DNA of 64,000 bases. Origin: Stegostoma tigrinum (taxonomy: Eukaryota). This document shows, in pieces, positions 1-13,709 of the stretch. Each line of letters begins with the position of its first letter. Position 1 is the stretch's first letter. The notes under the pieces were generated by a model, which did no database searches, was not told where the DNA came from, and worked only from the letters and a program-made list of their open reading frames with translations. The DNA is taken from positions 16,584,637 through 16,648,636 of the forward strand of contig NC_081379.1 of assembly GCF_030684315.1 (NCBI RefSeq), written 5' to 3'. Made by a program: the position numbers and the translations under genes.

Positions 1-659
1 CTGGCACCTGACCCGTGGCTGTAGATGGTCAAATATCTCTGCTAGGGCCCCATAGTTTCTTCCCTAACTTCACACACTGTCCTGGAATACACTTGATCAG
101 GTTCCAGAGGTTTGTTCAGAGGAAAGCTTACCAGACCCCAAAACATTAACTCTGTTTTCTCCTTCACAGATGCTGCCAGACCTGCTGAGCCTTTCCAGCA
201 ACTTTGTTTTTGCTTCTGATTTACAGCATCCACAGTTCTTTTGGTTTTTATCCAGAGATTTATCCACCTTTATCTTTTTATAAGACCTCCAGCACCTCCT
301 CTTCTGTGATGTGGACTGTTTTCAAGTCATCAATATTTATTTCCCTTAGCAGTGGATTAGCTCTGAATAGTAAGGAGTCAATACATAGTGAGCCAGGAAG
401 GACTCATAAAAAGCACAATCAATAGTTTAGCACAACCGACAGCCCACAAGCAGTATTTGTTTGATGCAATTGAGCAAGGTTGAAGTTTGGAAAAGGATTG
501 AAGTTAGGCTCAGGAATGGCTTAGTGAGGCTGCCTATTGGTGAAGAGCTGGAGTCGTGGCCATGAGTGTATGCTAAAATGCAGTTCAAGAGTTCAGAGGA
601 GTGTAGACCTGACAAAGAGGAATGACAGATGTTAAGCTGATTGACCTGCTTTGTCTCTC

Positions 660-3600
660 TGCCTCCTTGAATGAAGACTTCACATTAGTAGTTTTCCAAT
701 CCACTGGAACCCTCCCACATCCAGTGAGTTCTAGAATATTTTGATAATGTCTTCATTATCTCTGTAGCTACTTCTTTTAAAACCTTCTGAAGCTGGCCAT
801 CAGGCAAGGCAAATTGTCTGCTTTTAGTTCCATTAGTTTGTCAAATATTTTGTACCTCATGATAGAAACTGTTACAAGGTCTTTCCTTCAATTAGTACCT
901 TGCTTATCTCTTATCTTTTGGATATTTGTAGTGTCCTCCACAATGAAAACTAATGCAATATATTGATTTAACTTATTTACCAATTCCCTGTTCCCTGTTA
1001 TAAATTCAATCATGTGTTCTAAGTGTGCCACACTCACTTTCCCTAATCTCCTTTTATATATCTGTAAAAGCTCTTGCCAATTTGACAATCAATTTTCTCT
1101 CTTGTTAGATATATGCTGCTGGATACCAAAAATGTCCCAATCCTTCAGCTACAACTAGTTTTTGCGACTTTGAATGCCTAGTGCATATTTTTCAAACTGT
1201 CTCTCCTCGACTGCCTTTGGAAACCATGGGTGGCTCATTGTTCTTATCAAGAGCTCCTTTGTGACAGGAATAAGTTTTAGCTGAGCTATTTGAAATATCT
1301 GCTGAAATGTCTGCACTGTTGATCCATTAATTTTTCCCCTAGTCTATTTTTTCTTCGTATATTTTAGACAACTCTCTCTTCGTACCTCTGTAATTTCTCA
1401 TATTTAAGTTATGGAAGCTGGCTTAAGACCTCAAACTGAATTTAAAATGCTACTATTTTGTGATTGATACCTTTTAAAAACAGTGGTTGGCACTGCTGCC
1501 TCACGGCACCAGGGACCCAGATTCAATTCCAGCCTCAGGCAACTGTCTCTGTGGAGCTTGCTTGTTCTTCCTGTGTTGTGTGGGTTTCCTCCAGATGCTG
1601 CAGTTTCCTCCCACAGTCCAAAGATGTGCAGGTTAGCTGGATTGGCCATGCTAAATTGCTCATAATAACCAGGGATGTGTAGGTTAAGTGGATTAGCTAT
1701 GGGAACTGCATGGTTACAGGGATAGGATGGTGGGATAAGTCTGGGTGGGATGCTCTTTGGAGAGTCAGTGTGGACAATCTGGGCCAAATGGCCTGTTTTC
1801 ACACTGTAGGGATTCTATAATGATGAAAATACTGAACTACAAGACATCTTATTATTCTTCTCCATTACATATTACCAGAGCTAAGCTCTTAAATCATACG
1901 GCTGTCAGAAACAATCCCTGATCAATTCTACAAATTTATCTTCCATTTACCTTTGCCCACCTGAATTGTCCAGTCAGTATGTGGATTAAAATCACCCATG
2001 ACAACTGTAGTGCTCTTTTTATGATTCTCTATTATTTCCTGATTTGTACTTTGACTTACAGTGAAGCAACTGTTCAGGAACCTATTGATTACCCCCATCC
2101 ATGACCTCTTTCCTGTGATATTCCTTATTTCCACCCAAACTGATTTCACAGCCTAATGCTCATATATCATTACTCACCATCACACTGATACTTTCCTTTA
2201 TTAACAAAACTTCCCCATCATCTTTTCCTTTTTGCCTATTCTTCTGGAATGCTAAGTATCCTCGAATATTGAGTTCTCATTCTTGATCATCCTGCAACCA
2301 GGTCTTTGCAATAGGTATCAAGTCATATTCATTTATTTCTATTTGTGAATCAATTTTTTTTTAATAAATATTACATGCATTCAGATAAAAAGCCTTAAGC
2401 TTTGACTCTTTACCATTGTGCTTTCTCTGATTTTAATTTTTGCTGCACTCCTCTGCGTATATTTTCTGTGCTGGTTACACTTTGATTATCATTTGCCTCT
2501 TCACTATACTGAACCTGTATTGTTTCATTTCTTTTTATTTTTTTAAAACTTCTTTTCAAATAAACCATAAATTTCCTCATCCCTGCCCCTCCTCACTAAT
2601 TAGGTTAAAGCCCTGATTACAGCCCTAGTTATACAGTTCAGCAGGACACTGGTCCCAGCTTCATTCGAATGAAACCCCTCCCAATGGAACAGCTGTCTCT
2701 ATGCCCAGTACTGGTGCCAGTGTCCCATTAATCTAATGTCATTTCTTCCACACCATTCTTTGAGCTAGACATTTGCCTGCCTTATCTTATTTGGCCCACT
2801 TCAATTTGCACACGGCTGAGGTAGTAATCAAGAGATCATTTCCTTTGTAGTTCAGCTTTCTTAATTTAACCCTGAGTTGTTCATAATCTCTCACAGGAAT
2901 TTCTTTCCTCGTCCTACTTATTACATTGGCCATAACTGTGAGCCATGACAACGCAATTTGTCTTCTCCCACTCCAAGTTATTCTCTACCCTCGAAGAAAT
3001 GTGCTGAACATTGAGATCATGGAGGTAACACAGACTTTAGCACATTGTTTTCACTACAGAAAACAGGATCTTTTCCCCTAACTATGCTATTCCCTGTTAC
3101 TACATTAGTGTTTTCTCCCTCTCAAATTGCATGATAGGCCATGGTGCTATGATTGGTTTGCTCATCATCCTTGCAGTCTGTGCCCTTGTCCACATCGGAG
3201 GAAGAATCTCTATTGTAATGATTATTAAATGGCGGAGTGGACTCGATGGGCCGAATGGCCTTACTTCCACTCCTATGTCTTATGGTCTTATGGTCTTAAG
3301 GACCTTGTCTCTATTGATCAAAGGCACTGGCTGAGACTTCACCCAAGTTAAATTCTGGATCCAAATACCAGCTTCACCAACAATCATTTTGTTAATGCTT
3401 TTCTCTTTTAAATATTTATAGAAACTATCAGTTTTTACATTTCTGACTCTCTTCTACTCTAGTCTTTTCCTCATTTTTTGTTAGTGTTGCATTGCTTTTT
3501 TCATATATTCTCTCCAATGTTTTGACTTGCGACTGATGAAGGGTTACTTGACCCGAAACACTAACTCTGATTTCTCTTTGCAGATGCTGCCAGACCTGCT

Positions 3601-4330
3601 AAGCTTTTCAAGCAATTTCTACTTATGCTCCCTTAAATGTTAGCCGCTGCATCTCTATTAACCTAACTTTTCTAGTTCGCACTTGCTAACTCTGCTTTTG
3701 TGCCCTCATAAACACCATGTTTTAGTTTAAAATATTGGACCCACTCTTTTTCTTCAAATTAAATCTAAACGTCAATCATATTATGATTGCTTTACTTAGC
3801 AGAGTCTTCACTATGGTGTCCTTCATTGATCCTATCTCATTGCACAATACTATTCAAGTACACCCTACTTTCTGGTTGATTCAAGAACATGCTGTTCTAA
3901 GAAACTATCCCAAAAACATGTAATGAACTCCTCATCTAAGCTACCTTTGCCTATTTCACTTCTCTGGACAATGTGTAGGTTAATTCATGATTATTACCAT
4001 GTCTTTCTGACAAGCTCTCATTATTTATTCCTTCATACTCCATAACATCTGGTTACTGTGAGGGGGCCTGTACACGACTCCCACAAATAATGTCTTGCAT
4101 TTTACATGTCTCATCTGTGCTAGAATTGTTTCTACATTCTGATTTCCTTACCTTAGTTCATCATTCTCTATGATGCATACACCCTCATTAATTAACAGAG
4201 TATCCTTCCATTTTGTTCTTAGCTTTCTGTCCTTCATAAATGCCTTACCTTACACGGTTCAATATTCCGGACCCAATATTTATCAACTTGCAGCCATGTT
4301 TTTGTAATGGTTATATCAGATCATACTTAC
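660..4330 (-). mobile_element. Old, fragmented CR1 LINE (ORF1/ORF2 remnants) interrupted by SINEs
   Basis: The minus ORF 1928-2149 (SVWVEIRN...VVMGDFNPHTDW) is a CR1 AP-endonuclease remnant. Flanking sequence is CR1-like with many stops. Confidence 0.7.
1480..1820 (+). mobile_element. tRNA-derived V-SINE (HE1-like)
   Basis: tRNA-like head (cagtggttggcactgctgcctcac...gattcaattcc), V-core tgggtttcctcc...tttcctcccacagtccaaagatgtgcagg, and a CR1-like tail. Confidence 0.75.
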
Positions 4331-4984
4331 TTATTTTTATTTGCATGTTATAAATATGGTAACATTAAAGGAATAAAGAAAAGTTCTAAGGTTTGCTACG
4401 TTTGACTGTTGCACAAGGATCTGTTACATTCAATTCTGCCTAGCAATAGAGGAAGGAATGTTACAATGCTTCTGATTGGTACTGAAAAGCAATTCTGGGG
4501 TTACAATTCTTTGGAAAAAAGAGACAGAGACAATCTGGAAGTGTAAACATGTGAAAAAGAGACAAAAGAAACAGATTCCATGTTAGGCGCAATTGTTGTT
4601 ACCTGTGTTGCTAAAGACAACTGAACTACACATATTCCATTTAGATGGGACTCAGTGAAGTCCTAGAATAGTAGAATAGTTCTGTATCGTCATGGCTCAG
4701 TAAAATGTGAGCAAGTATAATGGGCCTGAAACATAGCTGTGGCCAATCAATAGTTCAGAACTGCTGAGAATGAGAGTTGAAAATCTCATAAGCAGAATTT
4801 TGAGAACCCTTTGGACCAGTCAACTTATGTTGTTCATAATAATGCTGACTTACAGCTGACTTCTGTTATATGAGGATGATCTCAGGAGTGGATGTTATTT
4901 TTTGCATCACCGTTTCACTGAGATAACTTAAATGCTTAAGTTAGTCATCATAGACGGAGCCAACAACATTTGAAGTTAGAATAC

Positions 4985-5440
4985 TAAATTAATGAATGTG
5001 TCACTTTTCCATTGAGATTCCAGTAGACTCATTGGAGTTTAGAAGAATGAGAGGTGATCTTATCAAAACATATACAATTCTTAGGGGATCTGAGAGGATG
5101 GATGTGACAAGGTTGTTTTCTTTTGTAAGTGAGTCAATGACTAGGGTTCAAAACCTCAAACTAAGAGGCCATCCATTTAATCTGAGATGATGAGGAATTT
5201 CTTCTCTGAGAGGATAATGAATCAGTGTAATTCTTCACCACAGATGGCTATAGAGGCTGGTTATTAAGTATATTAAAGTCTATGATAGACACATTTCTAA
5301 TCAATAAGAGAATCAAGGGTTATCACGGAAAGGCAGGAAAGTGGAGTTGAGGATTACCAGATCAGCCACAATCTCACTGAATGGCAGAGCAGGCCCAGTA
5401 AGGTGAATAGCCTACCTCTCCTTTATATCTCATGGTTGTG
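4985..5440 (+). mobile_element. CR1 LINE 3' end
   Basis: SLEFRRMRGDLIKTY...RVQNLKLRG, the typical CR1 ORF2 C-terminus, followed by 3' UTR. Confidence 0.8.
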
Positions 5441-5792
5441 TCATCATCAATTATCACGATCAAATTAATTACGAAAATGTGGACCTTGTGATTTCTGATA
5501 TCTAAATTTAGCTACCCCAAGCTAGGTTTCCTGAAAATGATAATAGCTAACAAACTTTTTTTTGGCAGAAGCCAGTTAAGTATGCGAAAATAAATTAGTT
5601 GTAATTCAGGTCATCATGTACTTTATATTTTGGTTTTTATGTCACATTAATATTTGACATCTATTTTTATCTAGCAGCTTAAAGTAAAGGTGTAGTGTAT
5701 AATTCCTGTCTTTTGCTAAAAATGTTTTTCATAAATAGCTATCAATGAAGTGTATAGCCTGTTACTGACACAAACCTTTGCAATAATTTTAG

Positions 5793-6049
5793 GAACAGCT
5801 GAACCAATGCAATCTGTTACTTATAATGTTGCCTGTCTCAGAAATAATATTTTTGTCCTGGAGACACCATCAGAAGTTTCTTTATCACATGCTGTACTGA
5901 GAGATCAACCTCTTTCCATCATGGGTGTCATCGTCTGTCATGTTTGCCAGGTTGCAGTTCATGCTATTATATTAATATATCAAACACTATGTGCTGATTC
6001 TTCAAATTTTCATGTATACATGTTACCGAATGATGCAGCATTAATACAG
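5793..6049 (+). CDS. FIIND-CARD protein (CARD8/NLRP1-like), internal exon spanning the ZU5 C-terminus, the autoprocessing site and the UPA start; 5' exons lie outside the window
   Basis: Acceptor ttttag|GA (phase 1) and donor CAG|gtatgt. Translation ...YNVACLRNNIFVLETPSEVSLSHAVLRDQPLSIMGVIV...IILIYQTLCADSSNFHVYMLPNDAALIQ aligns co-linearly with the NLRP1 FIIND ([38 protein letters not shown]...VLLYH...TFHLYLIPSDCSIRK, recalled). Confidence 0.88.
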
Positions 6050-6300
6050 GTATGTCAGTCCATTTAATATGGGTTTCCTTAATTGTATAGGAATACGGAG
6101 AATGTTTTAACAAATATTTTGTAGCAATGAGTTTTTTTTCTATAAAGTATGTCATAAATTATTGAAAGTTCAAAAATAGTTTATTTTATGAAATTAGTTT
6201 AAAGACATGGTTTTATGACGACTGATAATGCAACTCCCTGTGTCAAACAGAACAATTTTTACCAGGAAAATTCCAATTTGATTATTTTCTCCACATTAAT

Positions 6301-6572
6301 TCATAGAATTCCTATGGTGTGGAAACAGGCCATTCGGCCCTTCAGTAAATACCAACCCTGGGAATAGCATCCCACTCCATCCCTGGAATCCTGCATTTCA
6401 CATGGCCAATCCACCTAACCTGCACATCTTTAGACCAGAGGAGGAAACTTACACACCCACATAGACATGGGGAGAATGTGCAAACTCCACGCAGACAATT
6501 GCCCAGGGTGGAATCAAACCCAGGACCCTAATGCTATGAGGCACCAGTGCTAACATCGAGCCACTGTGCCAG
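6301..6572 (-). mobile_element. V-SINE (HE1-like), antisense
   Basis: Reverse complement of the same family as 1480-1820. Confidence 0.7.
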
Positions 6573-7089
6573 CCAAATTTGACTCAACATGCTTACACAG
6601 AGTGAAATAAAGCATTTAGCACTCTTGTTTCTCATGATTATCTACTGATCTTTAAACCAAATTTTGGCAGCAAATAAAGAAAGAACTTGCATTTATTTAT
6701 CACCATTCACACAAATATAAGTTAGCTGTAAACACAGAATGTAGGTAGCATAATATTGTGGCCTTACAAAGAGGATAAAAAGCAAAATCATTATATGAGA
6801 GTCAGGACGCCCAGGAGAAATTACTCGACAACCAAACTGAGCAACTGCAATATGAAGTCTCCCACAAAATATTTATGGTCTTTGAATGACTGTAGCACGA
6901 AAGGAGTCCACTCAACCCATTATATCCACATCAGCTATTTGTGAATCTAACTCCTTCACCCATGGCAGGGAGTGCTAAAGGAGGGACTGAGATGTTCACA
7001 GTTATAATTCATAGATGTGAAAAGGGAAAAGTGGTTCTTGTGCTGAGACCAAAGTCAACAAGACATAAAGAACTCATAATGTATTTTCG

Positions 7090-7620
7090 TAACTGAAAGA
7101 GAGATCATATTTCAAAGTTGTTGAACTGATGTTGAGCCCTGGCAGCTGTCAAGTGCAGTGTCTAAGTGGAAGTGGCAACCATTTGGAAGGGACGGGTGTT
7201 ATGAGTGATAGAAGGATAGGCCACGATGCCTTGGAGGGAATGGTTCCTGCAGAATGTTGACAGTCGAGGCAATGAGAAGATGCATCGGGTAGTGGTGTCC
7301 TGCGGGGTACTGGTGAAAATGACAGAGGAACGAGTTCGCAAGCTGGTAGGGTGGTAAATGAGGACAAGTTGAGGCCGCTCATTGTTCTGAGAGGGAAACA
7401 AAGGGATGAGGGAAGAATTGCAGGAAACAGGTTGCAGATGACTGAGAATCTTCACATTTGCTCACACCCTGCTTCGTTCAAGGACTCCACGCTATTCTCC
7501 ATGTTTCTTGCCCATGTTACCTCTGCTCCAATGAAGCCACTTTCTACAGTGGCATCTCCAATATGTCCTCCTTTTTTCCTAATTAAGGATTCACTGCTGC
7601 CCACACCCCTCCTCTCTTGA
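7090..7620. mobile_element. Penelope-like fragments in opposite orientations
   Basis: Minus-strand NNERPQLVLIYHPTSL and plus-strand HPASFKDS...FL match the PLE RT-to-EN linker seen at 21-26 kb. Confidence 0.6.
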
Positions 7621-7649
7621 AGTGGTTGACAAGACTCTCAAACATTTGT

Positions 7650-10600
7650 TCAAAATTGTTTATTGTAAAAGTTTTTCTGTTGGCTTGATGTATTTCGCCT
7701 GGGTAATCTAAGATGGAGGAAAGGAAAAAATTGTGGCAGTAAGAACTGCTCCTTTTTTGAGGTATTTTCAGTGTTGGAGCTGATTTCTTCAAACTCTGGA
7801 AACAGTAATTACTGTTTTACAAGCTGTTGCATTGCTTTGGAGCTGTGGGATAAAAAAGTCAAAATAATGGCTCTTTTAAAAGGAGGAAGAGCGACAAAGG
7901 TCATGACCAATGGGAGGTGAATCAAATTGAGCAGAAAAACTGCACAGCTGTCTGACCCAGCAGCAACTTGCATAGCTTACTGCATTTGCAGTTTGGTTTC
8001 AAGTATCCCTGGACATCAAAGTTCATCTAAGAAAAATTAACAAACAGCAAAAGTCCCAGCTGACCTTGGAGAAGCCTGTGTAGGGAAGCTCACAACAGGG
8101 GAGCAGCTAAGTGGCTGGATTTTAGGTATAACCTTACTGTTTATTGTAAATCCACAATAGTGAATAGAGTGGGTTCTTTTTTGATCATATGTTTTCATTG
8201 AAATCTGTCTCTTCATTAGACTTTAAAAATATAAAAGCATGGGTAGTAAATTAGACTGGAGCAATGTCTTTAGCGCAGTACAACTGAGCTATTTTCTGGG
8301 CCAGTATATTGTTAAGGTGCAAGGATGGCCTTTAATAGATTGACATATTCTTCCTATCAAATGTGGGAGATTAGGGATAATTTCCATGTTACTGATGATT
8401 ATATTTTTAGCAAGTGTGTTTGGTTACGAATCCTATTGGATCCCATTGATCAGTTGGAGAGGCAGTGAAAAGCAGTGAGAAATTTACAGGAGCTCGAGGT
8501 GTGATGGATGGCAGTTGTGGACAGAGATAAACTAAAGATACAGTTACGTAGATGGGTTACATCCAGGAAAGGCAGTGGAAGGAGGCAGGTATTGCAGGAG
8601 TCTCCTTTGGCTATCCCTATCTCAAATAGGTATGCTGTTTTGGAAAGTGCAGGGAGTGATGGACTCTCAGGGGAATTTAGCACTGATAGCCAGGTTTCTG
8701 GTACCCAGACTGGTTCTAATATAACTAGAGATATGCCAGGTTCCAACGATTGATTGAGATAGGGGACTCTCTCTTCAGAGACACAAATAGACATTTCTGC
8801 AGCCAACAGTGAGACATCAAAATGGTATGCTGCTCTCTGGTGCTAGACTCAGAGAGGGTGCAGAATATTCTCAAAGGAGAGAGGGGCCAACAAAGAATTG
8901 TTGTACACACTCAAACTAACAACATAAGATGAGAAAATGATGAGATTCTGAGTAGATAATATAACAAGTTAGGCAAGAATTTAAAAAGGAGGTCCTCGAG
9001 GGTAATCATATCTGGATTACTCCCAGTGCCACAAGCTAGTGAGGGATTTTTTTTTATTCATTCATGGGATAGGGCATCACTGGCTAGGCAAAATTCGTTT
9101 CCCATTCCTAATTACCCAGAGGGTGGTTAGGAGTTAACCACATTGCTGTGGGTCTGGAGTCACATATAGGCCAGACCAGGTAAGGATGGCAGTTTCCTTC
9201 CCAAAAGGACATTAGGGAACCAGATGGGTTTTTCCAACAATCAGCAATGGATTCATGGTAATCATTAGTCTCTTATTTTGAGATATTTATTGAATTCAAA
9301 TTCCACTATGGCAGGATTTGAACCCAGGTCCCCACAACATTATCTGAGTCTCTGGATTAACAGTCCAGCAATAACACCACTCAGCCATCACCTCCCCGTA
9401 TGGGGAAGATCGTAGAAATAAGAGGGTAGGGCAGATGAATGCATAGCTGAGGATCTGGTGCAGGGGAGAAGGATCACATTTTTGAATGGATTGCACCTGA
9501 ATTGGAAGGGGCCTAATATACTGGTGGGGAAGTTTGGTCAATCTGCTCAGGAGGATTTACATTAGTCAGGAAGGCATGGTTGTGTGTGGGACCCAAGAAG
9601 ATAGTGATGAAAGGGATCAGTCTAAAACTGGTAATGTTGGGAGAAGGGGCAAATCAAACAGTTAGGGAAGACAGGAACAAAGCAGACAATGAGGGGGTTG
9701 TGGCATTTTTGATTAGGGTTGTATGGATATTAGAGTATTTAGGATATTCCTGGGAATACGTCCAAGGAAGTTATTTGGGTGGAACTGAGAAATAAGGATC
9801 ACCTTATTGGGATTGCATTATAGACTTCCCAATAGTCAGTGGGAAATTGAGAAACAAATTTGTCAGGAGGTCTGTGAGAGTTGCAGGGTGGTTCTGGCAG
9901 GGGATTTTAACTTCCTAAACATAGAAAGGGGTTGAGGGCTTGGATAGAGAGAAATTTTGTTCAGTATGTAGAAGAAAATTTTCTGATTCAGTGTATGGAT
10001 GTACCTACCAGTGAAAGTGCAAAACTTGATGCACTCTTGGGAAGTAAGGCATGATAGGTGACTGAGGTGTCAGTGGGAGAGCACTTTGGAGCCATAGAAC
10101 ATAGAACATAGAACAGTACAGCACAGAACAGGCCCTTCAGCCCACGATGTTGTGCCGACCATTGATCCAGAGCCAGTGACCATAATTCTATTAGTTTTAA
10201 AACAGTGATGAAAAAGGATAGGCCAGATCTAAAAAGTTAAAAGTCTAAATTGGAAGAAGGCCAATTTTGATTGTATTAAACAAGCACATTCAAAAGTTCA
10301 CTGGGGGCAGATATTCGCACGTAAAAGGAAGCCTGGAAAATGGGAAGCCTTCAAAAATGCGATAACGAGAGTCCAGAGATAGTACGATCTCTGAAGGGTA
10401 AGGGCAAGGCTGGTAGGTATGGGGAATGCTGGATGAATAGAGAAATTTAGGTTTTGGTCAAGAATAAGAAGGAAACATATGTCAGGTACATCCAGCAGGG
10501 ATCGAGTGAATCCCTAGAAGGGTATGAAGGTAGTAGGAATATACTTTAGAGAGAGATTAGGAAGGCTAAAAGGGGACATGAGATAGCTTTGGCAAATAGG

Positions 10601-12345
10601 GTTAAGCACAACACAAAGGGATTCTACAAATACATTAAGGTCAAAAGGGTAACCGGGAAGAGAACAGGTCCCTTAAAGATCTTCAAGGCCAACCATGTGT
10701 GGTACCGCAGGATTTGGGTGAGATACAAAATGAGTATTTTGCACCAGAGTTTAGTGTGGAGAAGGACATGGAAGATAGGGAGAGAAAGTGGGGAAATAAA
10801 TAATGACATCTTGAAAAATATCCATATTACTGAGGAGGAGGTGCTGGATGGCGTAAAATGCATAGAGGTTGATAACTCTGGGACTACATTTATGTAGGAT
10901 ATCTGGTTGGCATGGATGAGTTAGACTGAAGGGTCCATTTCTGAGCTGTACATCTCTATGACTCAATGAGTCTAAATCCCCGGGACCTGATCAGGTGAAC
11001 CGTAGAACTCTGTTGGAAGCTAGGGAAGTGATAGCTGGACCCCTCGCTGAGATATTTGCATCATCGATAGCCACAGGTGAGGCGTCAGAAGACTGGAGGT
11101 TGGTTAACGTGGCGCCACTGTTTAAGAAAGGTGGAAGGAAAACTGAGGGAACTATAGACCAGTGAGCCTAACATCAGTGATGGTCAGGTTGTTGGAGGGA
11201 ATCCTGAGGGACAGAATTTATAGGTGTTTGGAAAGGCAAGGACTGATTGGGCAGAGTCAACTTGGCTTTGTGCATGGGAAATCATGTCTCACTAACTTGG
11301 ATGAGTTTTTTGAAGAAGTAACAAAGAGGATTGATGAGGGCAGAGAAGTGGATGCCATCTATATGGAGTTCAGTAAGGCATTTGACAAGGATCAGTGCTA
11401 GGTCCACTGCTTTTCATCATTTACATAAATGACTTGGATATAAACATAAGAGGTCGGCACCTTTTCAGGTGACACCAAAATTAGTGGTGCAGTGTATGGT
11501 GAAAAAGGTTACCTCAGAGGACAATGAGATCTTGATCAGATGGGCCAATGGGCCAAGGAGTGGCAGATGGAGTTTAATTTAGGTAAATGTGAGGTGTTGC
11601 ACTTTGGCAAATCCGGGGAGGACTTATACACTTAATGGTAAGGTCCTAGAGAGCATTGCTGAACAAAGAGAGCTTGGGGTGCAGGTTCATAGTTCCTTGG
11701 AAGCTGAGTTGCAGGTAGATAGGATAGTGAAGAAGGCATTTGGTACGCTTGCCTTTTCTGGTCAGTGTATTGAGTAAAGGAGTTAGGAGGTCAGGACATT
11801 GGTTAGGCCGCATTTGAAATATTGCATGCAGTTCTGGTCTCTCTGCTACAGGAACAATGTTTTGAGACTTGAAAGGGGTTAGAAAATATTTACAAAGGAT
11901 TTTGTCAGGTTTGGAGGGTTTGTACTATAGGGGGAGGCTGAATGGACTGGGGCTGATTTCCATGGAGCATTGGAGATGTTTATAAAATCAAGAAGGGAAT
12001 GGATAGGGTGAATAACCAAGGTCTTTTCTCTGGGGTTGAGGAATCCAAAATTAGAGGTCACAGCTTTAAGGTGTCACGACAAAGATTTAAAAGGGGTCGA
12101 AGGGACAACTTTTTTTCACGCAAATGGTAGTGCCTGTATGGAATGAGCTGCCAGAGGAAGTGGTAGAGTTTGGTACAATAACGACATTTAAAAGGCACCT
12201 GGAAGGGTACATAAATAGGAATTGTTTAGAGGGATATGGTCCAAATGCTGGCAAATTGGACTAGATTATTTAGGATATCTGGTTGGCAGGGATGAGTTAG
12301 ACTGAAGGTTTCATTTTTGAGCTGTACAACTTTATGATCCTATAA
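7650..12345 (+). mobile_element. Near full-length degenerate CR1 LINE in an intron of the FIIND gene, with nested SINE and CR1-tail insertions
   Basis: ORF1 remnants (MWEIRDNF..DDY, ISNRYAVLES, IGDS esterase-like). ORF2 remnants: GDFNF, NYRPVSLTS, QLGFVHGKSCLTNL, DAIYMEFSKAFDK. 3' UTR ends at about 12345. Confidence 0.85.
9055..9397 (-). mobile_element. tRNA-derived SINE (SacSINE1/Deu-like); other copies at 17567-17921(-), 52475-52779(-), 55531-55826(+) and 61283-61632(-)
   Basis: Shared core cacattgctgtgggtctggagtcacatgtaggccagaccaggtaaggatggcagtttccttccc and a tRNA-like head with B-box (ggttcaaatcc on the sense strand). Confidence 0.75.
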
Positions 12346-12388
12346 TCTTTAAAACAAATAAAATATAGATTGTTATATAATTTTTCAG

Positions 12389-12514
12389 GAAGTTGACCGC
12401 CAAGAAAAAGAAATAAAGTCACTGAAAATTCAAAGATCCGGACAAATAATATCACTTAATTATGGTAAAAAGTATAAGATGACATCTTTTGCAAATGTAA
12501 CTATTACTCCAACG
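12389..12514 (+). CDS. FIIND-CARD protein, UPA exon
   Basis: tttttcag| ... ACG|gtaagt, 126 nt, phase 0/0. Encodes EVDRQEKEIKSLKIQRSGQIISLNYGKKYKMTSFANVTITPT, resembling NLRP1 [34 protein letters not shown]...EILPK. Confidence 0.85.
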
Positions 12515-13709
12515 GTAAGTTTAATACATTATACAGAATTAAGTGTTGTACAATATAAAATGGTTTTTCATTCATTTTGTGGGATATGGGAGTTGCCAGC
12601 ACTTATTCTCTGTTCCAAGTTGCCCCTGAGAAGGTGGTGGTGAGCTGCCTTCTTGAATGCTACGGTTCTCCTGCTGTGGGTTGACCCACAATGCTATTAG
12701 AGAGGGAATTCTAGAATTTTCATCCAGCGACAGTGAAGGAACAGCGATATATTTCCAAATCAGGATGGTGAGTGGCTTGGAGGGGAACTTGAATGTGGTG
12801 GTGTTCCAATATATCTGCTGCCCTTGTCCTTCTAGATGGCACTGAGTGAAAAGCTTTCATCTAAATTCAAGAACAGGGAATGACAGTGCAGTCATTACAG
12901 TTAATGGGAAATAAGCATAAAGTTTTGATGTACTATTTCTAATTACTAATCTTAAAAGTAGATAAATCACCAGACATGGATGCATCATTTCTATCTCTTT
13001 AAGAGAAACAAAGGAGGAAACAGTGAAGGCTTTGATCACAATTTTTCAATCCTGCCTTGGCATTGACATGGTAGACGACCATTGTCCTGCTCATATTTTT
13101 TGTAGGAAACAAAGGGATAGACCACGTAATTATTTGCCAGTCAATTTAACCTTGGTGATGCACTAATTGTCAAAGCATCAGTGTATGATTAATAAAGCTC
13201 TTGTGAAGCACCTTGTCACTTTTTTGCCTTCTTAGGGTAATTAGTTCTGTTGCCCAGCTGTGGAATTGAATTGCTCGTCCTGTATGTTTAATCATACATC
13301 ATAATTAATTGCTTGTTTTGGTTTTATAAACACTTGGATTAATGATGAACTGGTTTTTCCTTCAAATTAGGCATGTGCCTTGGAAAATCTTACAATGCCA
13401 TTTTCCACTCACTTGTTGCACAGTTTAGCCCTGTTGGACCATATACCACATTACAGCTGTCCCTCACTTCACATTTACATAAAACTGATTTCGACCAATT
13501 CAAAACCATGACCAAGGTTCCCTGACTATCTCCCTTATACCTAACTCAGGGAGAGTGAAGCCACTTGTAACTTCTGCGATCTCGTTATGATATTTAATTC
13601 AACACAAAATTGTGATGTAGCCCTGGATTTTCATTTACTCTATGACTCAGCTATTGATAATTTAGCAAAGCTTCTGATTGATCTTACCACTTAACAATGT
13701 TCTTTCAAT

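Noticed and set aside
1-5792. Search for the upstream ZU5, NACHT or LRR exons of the FIIND gene
   Set aside because: None recognisable; the region is CR1/SINE debris, so the NLRP1-like versus CARD8-like N-terminus cannot be decided here.
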